Below, in pieces: positions 10,994 to 20,086 of a stretch of DNA of 64,000 nt. A model generated the notes under the pieces. That model was not told the DNA's origin, ran no database searches, and worked only from the letters and a program-made list of their open reading frames with translations. The translations under genes were made by a program, and so were the position numbers. The DNA lies in contig CP147778.1 of NCBI GenBank assembly GCA_037305845.1, forward strand, positions 3,136,001 through 3,200,000, given 5' to 3'. This DNA comes from Candidatus Freyarchaeum deiterrae. GTDB lineage: Archaea > Asgardarchaeota > Jordiarchaeia > Jordiarchaeales > Jordiarchaeaceae. Numbering within the stretch: the stretch's first letter is position 1; every line of letters begins with the position of its first letter.

Positions 10994-11620
10994 GTGGAGG
11001 AAATGGAGGGAGAATCTCTGAAATCTTCTACTATTCTTATATTGGTCGGGTGGATTCTCGTAATAATCAGTCTCATTATTGTTTACATTAACTGGATGGG
11101 ACTACCAGCGGCAAATACTAATGTTACTATAGGAGGATACGGTTTTTGGATGACTACTTCTTTTGATTGGGTACCCTTTCTTATCATAGGTCTTGGTCCA
11201 CTTTCTTCTGCTAGCACAATGATATTGATATCTGTAATTATCTTAGTTGTTGCACTAATAATGCAATTAGTCGGCGTAATATGGGCTAGGCGAGAGGGAA
11301 CTGGAACTTCAGTCGCTCTTGTTTTGGTCGGCTGGTTTGTCGTTTTACTCAGTTTCATTTTGCTTCTCATTGGCTGGATAGAACTATTCATGGCGGTTAA
11401 TAATTTAAATCAGTTTTTTGTCTATAACACCACTGGTTGGATCTTGGCGGTCTTAGGTAATTTATCTGGTTTAGGCCTAGTGTTTACGGCTTTGATGGAC
11501 TTTTTCGCGGGTATTGGTGCAATTTCCACCGTTAGCACAATGATAATGATATCGACTATTATCTTAGTTGTTGCAGCAGTAATAGAATTAGCCGGCGTAA
11601 TATTGGCATTGCGAAAGTAA
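10994..11620 (+). CDS. Polytopic membrane protein made of two internal repeats
   Basis: Highly hydrophobic; LVGW... and STMIxISxIILVVA..I..LxGVI each occur twice, and the repeat is visible at DNA level. Confidence 0.8.
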   Translation: MEEMEGESLKSSTILILVGWILVIISLIIVYINWMGLPAANTNVTIGGYGFWMTTSFDWVPFLIIGLGPLSSASTMILISVIILVVALIMQLVGVIWARREGTGTSVALVLVGWFVVLLSFILLLIGWIELFMAVNNLNQFFVYNTTGWILAVLGNLSGLGLVFTALMDFFAGIGAISTVSTMIMISTIILVVAAVIELAGVILALRK

Positions 11621-11826
11621 ATCAAAGGGCGGATTAATAGTAATTTGGAGCCCTAGTAAACCATCCAAAAATTTCCCCTCTTTTTTATTTTTAAACACTC
11701 TAGTTTTATTTTTAGGGTTAGTTATTTATTTTAAAAGTTCAGGAATTCTGGCATCTTGGCAAGTTTCAGTGTTCCAATTAATTTATAAGCAAATTATATA
11801 ATTTAAGTAAATAACATCAACGAGGA

Positions 11827-12192
11827 ATGAATATGTCGTATCGGAAAGTTGCTGACGGGCTCATAAGTTGTGAAAAAAATGTAGAGGGAGTACTCCGAGT
11901 AATAAATAGTGTTCAAGATGTAATAGCTCTTCTTAAATCGGGAGCGGAAGGGAAAATACCTATAGTACAGGACGCGGGAACCACAACCCTTGCGCCGGTG
12001 CTTTCACGTGTCCGCGGGGTTGTTTGCTTATCGGGTGGCGTGGGTTCCCATTTGGCGATAGTTACAAGAGAGTTCGGCATACCCGGGTTGATGGGTACAG
12101 TAATCCAGTACGACGGAGATCTGAACGGGAAAAAAGGGAAAATTGTAGCGTGCGGAGACGCTAAAGGTGAGCTGCACATTCTAGAAGATTAG
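11827..12192 (+). CDS. Stand-alone PEP-utilising enzyme mobile (phospho-His swivel) domain
   Basis: GGVGSHLAIVTREFGIP signature. Confidence 0.9.
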   Translation: MNMSYRKVADGLISCEKNVEGVLRVINSVQDVIALLKSGAEGKIPIVQDAGTTTLAPVLSRVRGVVCLSGGVGSHLAIVTREFGIPGLMGTVIQYDGDLNGKKGKIVACGDAKGELHILED

Positions 12193-12319
12193 CATTAAAA
12201 AGGGGAAATGCCCCTAACTGATTTTTTTAATTTATCCTTTTTTTAAGTAAAGACCAAACTTTTATATAACATATTTATGCACCGTTCTAATAATTTTAAT
12301 GAAATTCTAGGGGTGTCTA

Positions 12320-13477
12320 TTGATGAATATTAAAGAAGCTAATGAGCTTATTCCCCACCTTTCCGAGGTTATTGATTACCAGGTCACCCATAGGGGGCTT
12401 TTGGAATCGAAGCTATTCCCCGTCACCGCGTATATCTGTGTATCTTTTTATAACAGCTACGACATGCTATACGACGTATTGAAAATGGTATCAGAGAAGA
12501 CTACACCCGAAAAAATGGGTGAGGAAAGCAGAAAGATACTCTCGGAACTGCATGCGATGACGCTTTTTTACATACCATTGTATTATATGGTAGGCAGAAT
12601 GGGAGAGATTTTTGCCAACAAGGGAGACCCGAAAAGCGAGCTCAAAAAAAAGAGAAGGCAGACCGTGTTTATCCTCGACTTTTGGAAGAGGCTAGCATCC
12701 TCTTACTTCCCTGGCGGCAGGTTGACAGTGTATGACTCCAACGGAGAGAACCTAGCTCTAAATCAACCTGATGTAGATTGGGTTAAGGAACAAATCGTAG
12801 ACGTGACCCCGGAGGAAGCGACTAAAATCAAAAGGGTGGCGGCTAATTTGGACTTGTTTTCATTTCTCGATGAGTGCGAAGCCAGAGCAAAGCTCGGAGA
12901 ACACGGACCCTACAAAATAAGCAAAAACGAAACACTGATTTTCAGGGAAATATTGCACCTCTACGATGGTAGAAAACCGCACTTCCCCTGGTCGGCGACA
13001 GAAGCCAAAGCACCATACACGAACATCGCCTTCGCCTACAGGTTAAAAAATGTGGAAGCAAAATTCGACGACTTCTCAACCATGACCACAACGCCGGGCG
13101 ACTTCACAGAAAAAATAACCGGAATCGCCCTACTAAGAAGAGACCGAAAAAAAATAAAACCAGTAGACATGGACGAGTTGGAAGCATTCAACGACTACGC
13201 CGTGAAAGCCCAAGAAGAATTGTATTTGAGGTTCTCTGAATGGGATAAAAGGCAACGCCTAATCGCTGGAGCATTCGCATACTGCTACGGTTACGCCCGA
13301 TACACAAATTTTGTAGGAATCACGGATCAAATAAACTGGGATCTCACGGAAAGAACAATGAAAAAATACGTACCCTTCTTTACGGAGAACGATTTAGACC
13401 CCGGAATCCCCAGACTATTTAGAACCGAGGAAGAGAGAAAGAAAGACCCCTCGCTTTATCTAATATCCGAAGACTGA
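12320..13477 (+). CDS. Uncharacterised ~385-aa protein, paralogue B of 8668..9840
   Basis: Same conserved blocks as the 8668 ORF; lies directly after the swivel-domain gene. Confidence 0.85.
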   Translation: MMNIKEANELIPHLSEVIDYQVTHRGLLESKLFPVTAYICVSFYNSYDMLYDVLKMVSEKTTPEKMGEESRKILSELHAMTLFYIPLYYMVGRMGEIFANKGDPKSELKKKRRQTVFILDFWKRLASSYFPGGRLTVYDSNGENLALNQPDVDWVKEQIVDVTPEEATKIKRVAANLDLFSFLDECEARAKLGEHGPYKISKNETLIFREILHLYDGRKPHFPWSATEAKAPYTNIAFAYRLKNVEAKFDDFSTMTTTPGDFTEKITGIALLRRDRKKIKPVDMDELEAFNDYAVKAQEELYLRFSEWDKRQRLIAGAFAYCYGYARYTNFVGITDQINWDLTERTMKKYVPFFTENDLDPGIPRLFRTEEERKKDPSLYLISED

Positions 13478-13574
13478 ACAAAACCAAGCCAAACAAGTAA
13501 CAATAATAAAAACAGATTAAAAGAATAGAATCAACTAGCAAGAATATTTTTGGTAGGGGCTGCTTTCTACTCTT

Positions 13575-15188
13575 TTATTTTCTTTGTTCAATTTTTGATT
13601 CGACTTTTTTAGCTTTTACTTTTCCTTTTCCTATGTCTGCCCATTTCCACGTTATTGTGTGGTCATCCTTAGTGCATTCCAGTAGTCCCTCGTTAATAAG
13701 TTGGGTTAAGCCCCATTCCACCCACTCTCTTGAGAGGGCATCCGATACTGCCTTAATGGAATATATTTCGTCCGCGAGGAGTTTCTTTGGATCTTCTCCG
13801 TTGTTTTCAAGTTTCCCATGTCTCTCAATGCGGTCGTTTTTCAGGAGTCTCCAAGCTAGGGTGCGTCTTTTCCTGAGGAGGTAATCTTCCTTCGCCTCCG
13901 GTGTGTTCAGTGTTCCTTCCTCAACCTCTTTTTGTTGGTCTCTTATGAGTCCTTCTAGGTTGTAGTTGAAATCATTTACCGTCTTGTTCAGAAGTTCTTT
14001 GGGAACCTCATCGCTTTCTGTCACAGCTTGGTTTGCGTCGTATCTGAGCCAATTGCTGTGAAGTATTCTTAATCCGAACTCTTTGGCTCTCTCCCTCACT
14101 TCTGTTCCTGGGAATGGTGAAAGAATGTGGAAGCCGTGGGCGGTGTCCAACTCATTGCCGAATTCCATTGATTCCTTCATGGTTTGGGGTGTTTCGCCAG
14201 GCAGTCCCATTATAAATGAGGCGAGAACCTTTACTCCTGAATCTTTCGCTATCTTAACTCCTTTCCTCAACTTTTCCCTAGTTTGCCTCTTCCTCGCTAG
14301 CTCGAGTATTCTATCATCCCCGCTCTCCGCGCCGTAGCAGAAATAGTAGCACCCAGCCTCACTCATTCTTTTCACGAGATCCGGGGTAACGGTATCGCAT
14401 CTAGAGAATGCACACCATTTAATCTTTAACCCTCTATTCAGTATCTCATCACAAATCGCGTAGACGTGTTTGTGATTCATAGTTAACTGGTCATCTTCTA
14501 CACATATGTCATCGAATCCCTGACCCATAATTACTTCCATCTCATCAACAACGAGTTTCGGGTCTCGGTAACGGGCTTTTGCGCCAACCATTTTGTGCCC
14601 AACGCAGAATATACAGTGGTAAGGGCATCCACGAGCGGTAATCATGCTGGCTCCCACCTTGTAGGCGTGATATTTCGCCAGCGGTAAAAGGTGACGCGCC
14701 GGAAATGGAAGTTCGTCTAAATTCTGTATAAGCGGCCTATCCGGATTAACAACTATTTTCCCATCTTCCCTGTAGGTAATCCCCAGAATATCTTTAAGGT
14801 CTTTACCCTCAACCAAGTCTAACAAAGTGTATTCTCCTTCCCTCCTTACGATAACGTCAATGTAAGGGGCCTCGTTCAAACACTCCTCATCCCAAAAAGT
14901 GACGTGGCACCCGCCCATAACGGTCATGGCACCCATTTCGTTGCAGACCTTCAACGCCCGCAATGCGGTGGGATAATTCATGGTTACGGGTCCAGCTCCA
15001 CAGACGTCTGGTTTAAATTCCTGAATCTTCTCCTTAATCCTTTGCGGGGAAAATTTTGAAACAACCATATCCAAAATTTCAACTTCGTGACCCTTCTCTT
15101 CAAGAACAGCAGCAAGATAACATAATCCAAGGGGTAGGGTTGGGCATTCCGCGAAAGGATAGGGCGCATTTATCAACAGAGTTCTCAT
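13575..15188 (-). CDS. B12-binding radical SAM enzyme (paralogue 1)
   Basis: N-terminal PLGLCYLAA...GGCHVT cobalamin-binding domain; RGCPYHCIFC. Confidence 0.92.
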   Translation of the reverse strand: MRTLLINAPYPFAECPTLPLGLCYLAAVLEEKGHEVEILDMVVSKFSPQRIKEKIQEFKPDVCGAGPVTMNYPTALRALKVCNEMGAMTVMGGCHVTFWDEECLNEAPYIDVIVRREGEYTLLDLVEGKDLKDILGITYREDGKIVVNPDRPLIQNLDELPFPARHLLPLAKYHAYKVGASMITARGCPYHCIFCVGHKMVGAKARYRDPKLVVDEMEVIMGQGFDDICVEDDQLTMNHKHVYAICDEILNRGLKIKWCAFSRCDTVTPDLVKRMSEAGCYYFCYGAESGDDRILELARKRQTREKLRKGVKIAKDSGVKVLASFIMGLPGETPQTMKESMEFGNELDTAHGFHILSPFPGTEVRERAKEFGLRILHSNWLRYDANQAVTESDEVPKELLNKTVNDFNYNLEGLIRDQQKEVEEGTLNTPEAKEDYLLRKRRTLAWRLLKNDRIERHGKLENNGEDPKKLLADEIYSIKAVSDALSREWVEWGLTQLINEGLLECTKDDHTITWKWADIGKGKVKAKKVESKIEQRK

Positions 15189-15330
15189 TAACGATTTACC
15201 TCGTTCTTTTTGTGATTCAAATTGTTTATCGCAAACACATAGTTAAATATACTTAAAGTTTACGTTTTTATAAAATTTAGCTCGCAAAAGGTTAGACTCG
15301 TGGAGCAAAGAGTGAAATAGTTGTTAGCTA

Positions 15331-16929
15331 CTACGCGTTTCGTAAGATTTCTGCTTGGCGATTTTTTCTGCTTGCATTGTTCCAGAACCATGTTATCGAG
15401 CTGTCATCTTTAGTGTAATTGAAAATGCCTTCTTCGAGCATTTTCCTTAATTCTTCAGCAATTCGATCTTTTGTCATGAAGGTTGAAATAGGTTTAAGTT
15501 TGTGTATCTCTTCTGCGAGAAGTTCAACAGGATCCCCATTTTCTGTAAACTTGCCGTGCCTCTCTATGTAATCTCTCTTCAAAAGATGCCAGGTGAATAC
15601 TCTTCTCTCCCTGAGCTCTATTAAGTCTCTATCTTCTTTGCTGAGTTTTCCCTGCTTTTTTCGTTCTTCTTCACTTTTCGTTATTGTTTCTATTAATGTG
15701 CCATAAAACTCCTTGGCGACCTTGTTTATGTACTCGGCGCTTGCGCCCTCTGTTTCCGTAATGGCTTGATTGGCATCATACCGATACCAGTCGCTGTGAA
15801 GAATCTTTATCCCAAGCTCCTCCGCTTTCTCCCTGATCTCTGTGCCGGGGTAGGGGGTAAGTATGTGGAAACCGTACCAATTTCCCAGGGACTTTCCAAA
15901 CTCAAGAGACTCCTTAACCGTTTCTTCTGTCTCTCCTGGAAGTCCTAGTATCATTGAGGAGAGTGTTGTTAGTCCCACCTCGTTTGAGAGAGTTATACCC
16001 TTCCTTATTTTCTCAATCGTTAGTCTCTTCTTTGCCAAGTCCAGTATACCCTGGTTTCCGCTCTCAACGCCGTATAGAATGAATATGCAGCCGGCTTCTT
16101 TCATTTTGCTCAAAAGTTCCTTTGTAACAGTGTCTACTCTTGCAAAAGCTGTCCACTGAACCTTAATTCCTCTATTGATTATCTCGTCGCAGAATTCGAA
16201 AATCCTCTTGATTTTAAATGTGAGAAGATCATCCACAACGTTAACTAGGTCGAAGCCGTAATCGAAGACTATTTCTTCAAGCTCGTCAACACACAGTTTT
16301 ATGTCTCTGAACCTCGGCTTCCTGCCAACCATTCTGCCTCCGACACAAAAGGTGCAGTTGTAGGGGCATCCTCGCCCGGTCATCATGGCACAGCCAGTTT
16401 TGTAGGCTCTGTACTTGGACAGGGGGAGTAGGTGCTTCGCTGGGAAGGGAAGTTCGTCCAAGTTCTCTATAAACGCTCTAGGAGGGTTCTTTACGATTTG
16501 TCCGTCTTCCCTGTAAGTTATACCGTCGACATCTTTTAGGTCTCTACCTTTAACAATATCCAGTAAAGTGTATTCGCCTTCCCCTCGGGCTACGATATCC
16601 AGATAGGGTGCTTCCTGCAGAGCTTCCTTATCGTAGAAGCTGACGTGGCATCCTCCCATAATTGTGGTGGCTCCGAACTTCTTGCAGACTTCCATGGCAC
16701 GAAGGGCGGTCGGATAATTTATGGTAATGGGGCCTGTGCCAGCGATATCGGGTTTAAACTCTTTCATCTTATCCGCAATTTTTTTAATAGAAAATCTTGA
16801 AACCAGAAGGTCGAGAATCTGAACTTCAAAGCCCTCTCTCTCAAGTACACCTGCTATGTAACAGAGCCCTAGGGGAGGTGTAGGTCCCTCATTGAAGGGG
16901 TATGGAACATTTACAAAGAGTACTTTCAT
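15331..16929 (-). CDS. B12-binding radical SAM enzyme (paralogue 2)
   Basis: PPLGLCYIA; RGCPYNCTFC; ATG at 16929 aligns with the paralogue starts (track start 16989). Confidence 0.92.
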   Translation of the reverse strand: MKVLFVNVPYPFNEGPTPPLGLCYIAGVLEREGFEVQILDLLVSRFSIKKIADKMKEFKPDIAGTGPITINYPTALRAMEVCKKFGATTIMGGCHVSFYDKEALQEAPYLDIVARGEGEYTLLDIVKGRDLKDVDGITYREDGQIVKNPPRAFIENLDELPFPAKHLLPLSKYRAYKTGCAMMTGRGCPYNCTFCVGGRMVGRKPRFRDIKLCVDELEEIVFDYGFDLVNVVDDLLTFKIKRIFEFCDEIINRGIKVQWTAFARVDTVTKELLSKMKEAGCIFILYGVESGNQGILDLAKKRLTIEKIRKGITLSNEVGLTTLSSMILGLPGETEETVKESLEFGKSLGNWYGFHILTPYPGTEIREKAEELGIKILHSDWYRYDANQAITETEGASAEYINKVAKEFYGTLIETITKSEEERKKQGKLSKEDRDLIELRERRVFTWHLLKRDYIERHGKFTENGDPVELLAEEIHKLKPISTFMTKDRIAEELRKMLEEGIFNYTKDDSSITWFWNNASRKNRQAEILRNA

Positions 16930-17062
16930 GCACACACTCACCAGATGCCTTGGGAACAATACATAGGAACTCAAGTTGCTTAATAGCATATTACGGCGCT
17001 TTTTAGAAATAAAATGCTTTTCCTATTTAAGCATTATTCTAATTTTATTTTATAGAGGTTAG

Positions 17063-18682
17063 CTATTGTGGGTTTCGTAGGGTTTCCATTTGATTCTTCT
17101 CTCGCTTACCTATGTCAGTCCAGAACCAAATCACCGAGTTCTCATCCCGGGTGTAGCTGAGAAAACCTTCCTCAACCATTTTCTTTATTTCCTCAGCGAC
17201 CCGATCCTTCTTTACAATGGATGAAATAGCCTTGAGGGTGTAAAGCTTTTCTGCGAGAAGCTCTTCTGGGTTCCCTTTTTCTGTGAATCTGCCATATCTT
17301 TCTATGTAATCGTGTTTCAGTATCTGCCAGACGAACCTTCTCGTTCTTTTAAGTTTTATTTCCTCGAAGTCCTTCTTTGTAAACACATCCTCTTTGAGTT
17401 CTTCTCCTCTGTCCATAGCTGCTTCTATCTTGTCCGTAGCATCTTCAAGTGATTTATAAAATGCCTTTGACGCCTCGCTTATGTACCTGGCGCTCGCTCC
17501 CTCCGTTTCTGAAACAGCATGGTTCGCATCGTACTTTAGCCAGTCGTTGTCGAGAATTTTTAACCCGAGCTCCTCCGCTCTTTCCCTGACCTCGGTACCC
17601 GGGTAAGGCGAAAGGATGTGGAAGCCGTACATGTTTCCAAGAGACTTTCCAAGCTCAAAAGACTCCCTAATCGTTTCCTCCGTCTCTCCTGGAAGGCCTA
17701 GTATAAATGATGAGACGGTTGGTATTCCCACCTCATTTGAGAGGGCTACGCCTTTCCTTATTTTGTCCAAGTTTGTTCTTTTTCTTGCCAATTCTAGTAT
17801 TTTTTGGTTTGCGCTTTCAACACCATATAAAATGAAAAAGCATCCAGTTTCTTTCATTCTGGTTAAAAGTTCCTTTGTCGTGGTGTCTACTCTGGAGAAG
17901 GCACTCCACTCGATGTGAAGCCCTCTGTTATCAAGTTCGTCGCAGAACTCGAAAACTCTTTTGTGATTAATTGTTAAAAGGTCGTCCACAATGTTGACTC
18001 TGTGGAAGCCGTATCTGTAAACTATTTCTTCAATCTCGTCAACACATCGTTTTATGTCCCTGAACCTGGGCTTTTTGCCAACCATTTTGCCTCCGACACA
18101 AAAGGTGCAGTTGAAGGGGCATCCTCGTCCAGTCATCATGTCACAGCCGGATTTGAAGGCTTGGTACTTCGACAGGGGGATAAGATGCCAAGCGGGCCAG
18201 GGAATTTCATCCAGATTCTCGATGAGTTTTCTTGGAGGATTCTTTATGATTTCCCCATTCTCCCTGTAGGTTATACCTTCAACATCTTTCAGGTCTCTGC
18301 CTCTTAAAATGTCTGAGAAAGTGTTTTCGCCTTCACCTCGGACCACGATATCCAAGTAGGGTGCTTCCAGCAAGGCTTCCCTGTCGGCAAAGGTGACATG
18401 GGGGCCTCCCATAACCGTGGTAGCCCCGAATTTTTTGCAAACTTCAATACAACGGAGGGCTGTGGGGTAACTTATGGTAACGGGACCTGCGCCTACGATG
18501 TCTGGTTTGAATTCTTTCATCTTGTCAGAAACCTTCTTGAGGGAAAATCTTGAAATGAGAAGGTCGAGAATCTGAACTTCAGCTCCTTCCTTTTCAGCTA
18601 CAGCTGCAATGTAGCAGATTCCTAATGGAACAGTGGGACACTCGGTATACGGGTAAGGAACATTCAGTAGGAGTACTTTCAC
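17063..18682 (-). CDS. B12-binding radical SAM enzyme (paralogue 3)
   Basis: VPLGICYIA; RGCPFNCTFC; GTG at 18682 follows GGTGA (track start 18706). Confidence 0.92.
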   Translation of the reverse strand: MKVLLLNVPYPYTECPTVPLGICYIAAVAEKEGAEVQILDLLISRFSLKKVSDKMKEFKPDIVGAGPVTISYPTALRCIEVCKKFGATTVMGGPHVTFADREALLEAPYLDIVVRGEGENTFSDILRGRDLKDVEGITYRENGEIIKNPPRKLIENLDEIPWPAWHLIPLSKYQAFKSGCDMMTGRGCPFNCTFCVGGKMVGKKPRFRDIKRCVDEIEEIVYRYGFHRVNIVDDLLTINHKRVFEFCDELDNRGLHIEWSAFSRVDTTTKELLTRMKETGCFFILYGVESANQKILELARKRTNLDKIRKGVALSNEVGIPTVSSFILGLPGETEETIRESFELGKSLGNMYGFHILSPYPGTEVRERAEELGLKILDNDWLKYDANHAVSETEGASARYISEASKAFYKSLEDATDKIEAAMDRGEELKEDVFTKKDFEEIKLKRTRRFVWQILKHDYIERYGRFTEKGNPEELLAEKLYTLKAISSIVKKDRVAEEIKKMVEEGFLSYTRDENSVIWFWTDIGKREKNQMETLRNPQ

Positions 18683-18779
18683 ACAATCACCATCAAAACA
18701 GTTCAAACAAGACTGAGATAAGAAACAGCTCCACGCTAATATAACTATAACGTGTAATCTGAAGAAAGATAAACTTTCC

Positions 18780-19995
18780 TATCGAACCGTTTCTAGAAAT
18801 GTGTATATTTTTATACAGCGTTTCCATTCGGAGCGTTGGCCGGCTCAGTCCAACCCGCTCTGGCGACATCAGGCTTGTCACCAGCGTACAGGTATTCCTT
18901 CTTCAGCGTCGGCCAAGAGGCGTCCGCACTCACGGTAAACGGGAAGCCGCACAGACGCAGACCCCCACGGAGAATCGCCAGACTGGCGAGCCTGTCCCGG
19001 TGGTAGTCCACGCCACAGGTTTCGCATCTGCTTATCCCCCACGCTGGGTGCTCAAGGTTTCCACCGCAGACGGGACATCGGGAGGAAGTCCCCCGTGGGT
19101 TCACGTAAAGAGTCCGGTGAGAAGACTTGTAATCCACCAGCCGCTGATACAAGCGGTAGGGCCAGCGATTAAGCTGGGTTCGAAACTTCTTGCTCTTGTT
19201 AGCCTCTCTTCGCCCGTTGTTCCTGATGCCTGTGAGGTTTTCGAAAATGAAGATGGTGTCCTGGTTTTCGCGCACTGTTTTTGTGGTCAGCTTGTGAAGC
19301 GCGTCTACCACGCGGTGTCGCTGCCGATTTCTGGTTTCCTTGAGTTTTCGCGCTCGTTTCTGGGGATTCGGGATGTGGCTTTGCAGTCGGCGTCTTCTCC
19401 GCGAAAAATCGTTTTGGATCCGGGTGATTCTGCGCAGCGGCTCTGTGGATGCTGCTTCAAGATGAACGGTGCCTTGGGAGTCTTTTACGGCAGCTGTGGA
19501 GTCTATGGTGGAGAAGTTGAGGTCGGAAGCCGCAAACCGGGTGCTGAGGGGCTTGTTTCCGGAGCCGATTATAAAGGTGAGGCAGACTTTCCGCTCGGTG
19601 AGCAGTACCTCGGAGACTCGTCCGTGATCATAGTCTTTGTATTTTTTGTGGTTGGTGTTTATGGGTATCCAGACGTAGCTGAAGGGCTGCAGGGTGATGC
19701 GGAGCTGACCTTCGACCAGTTTGAAGAGTTCCGCGTCGATGCGTGCGGCTAACTTTTTCACTGCGGGGATGCGGAGCTGTCCTTCGTGGTGGTTTTTGCG
19801 GTACGATTTGAGCAGAGCTACCGCCGATTTGCAGACCGGGTTTATGTGGTGGCGGGCGTACGGGTAACGTGAATAGAACCAGTCTTTGATCATGCGCCGC
19901 AGTTCTATGGGGTGGGGTATTTTGTGTTGTTTGTTTCGGGTTGCTATTAGGTATGCGGCCTGTAACGCGTAGCGCAACGCTTCCTGCATATCCTT
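18780..19995 (-). mobile_element. IS605/IS1341-like element fragment (tnpB plus right-end region); no tnpA seen
   Basis: Visibly GC-richer than the host DNA; abrupt boundary at ~19995; the right end position is approximate. Confidence 0.7.
18811..19989 (-). CDS. tnpB: IS200/IS605-family RNA-guided nuclease TnpB, N-terminally truncated
   Basis: RuvC-I ASDLN, RuvC-II IFENL, YVNPRGTSSRCPVCG..CETCG zinc ribbon, RuvC-III HRDRLAS. Confidence 0.9.
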   Translation of the reverse strand: MQEALRYALQAAYLIATRNKQHKIPHPIELRRMIKDWFYSRYPYARHHINPVCKSAVALLKSYRKNHHEGQLRIPAVKKLAARIDAELFKLVEGQLRITLQPFSYVWIPINTNHKKYKDYDHGRVSEVLLTERKVCLTFIIGSGNKPLSTRFAASDLNFSTIDSTAAVKDSQGTVHLEAASTEPLRRITRIQNDFSRRRRRLQSHIPNPQKRARKLKETRNRQRHRVVDALHKLTTKTVRENQDTIFIFENLTGIRNNGRREANKSKKFRTQLNRWPYRLYQRLVDYKSSHRTLYVNPRGTSSRCPVCGGNLEHPAWGISRCETCGVDYHRDRLASLAILRGGLRLCGFPFTVSADASWPTLKKEYLYAGDKPDVARAGWTEPANAPNGNAV

Positions 19996-20086
19996 TTACC
20001 TTTCAAGTCAATGAATGGTTTTATTATAGAATTGACTCGAATAATCTGGATAAGACTTAAGTACTGCGTTTAAAGGTTGTAGAAAT

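Noticed and set aside
18799-19752. 317-aa + strand ORF
   Set aside because: Antisense shadow of the GC-rich tnpB gene, with no recognisable motifs.
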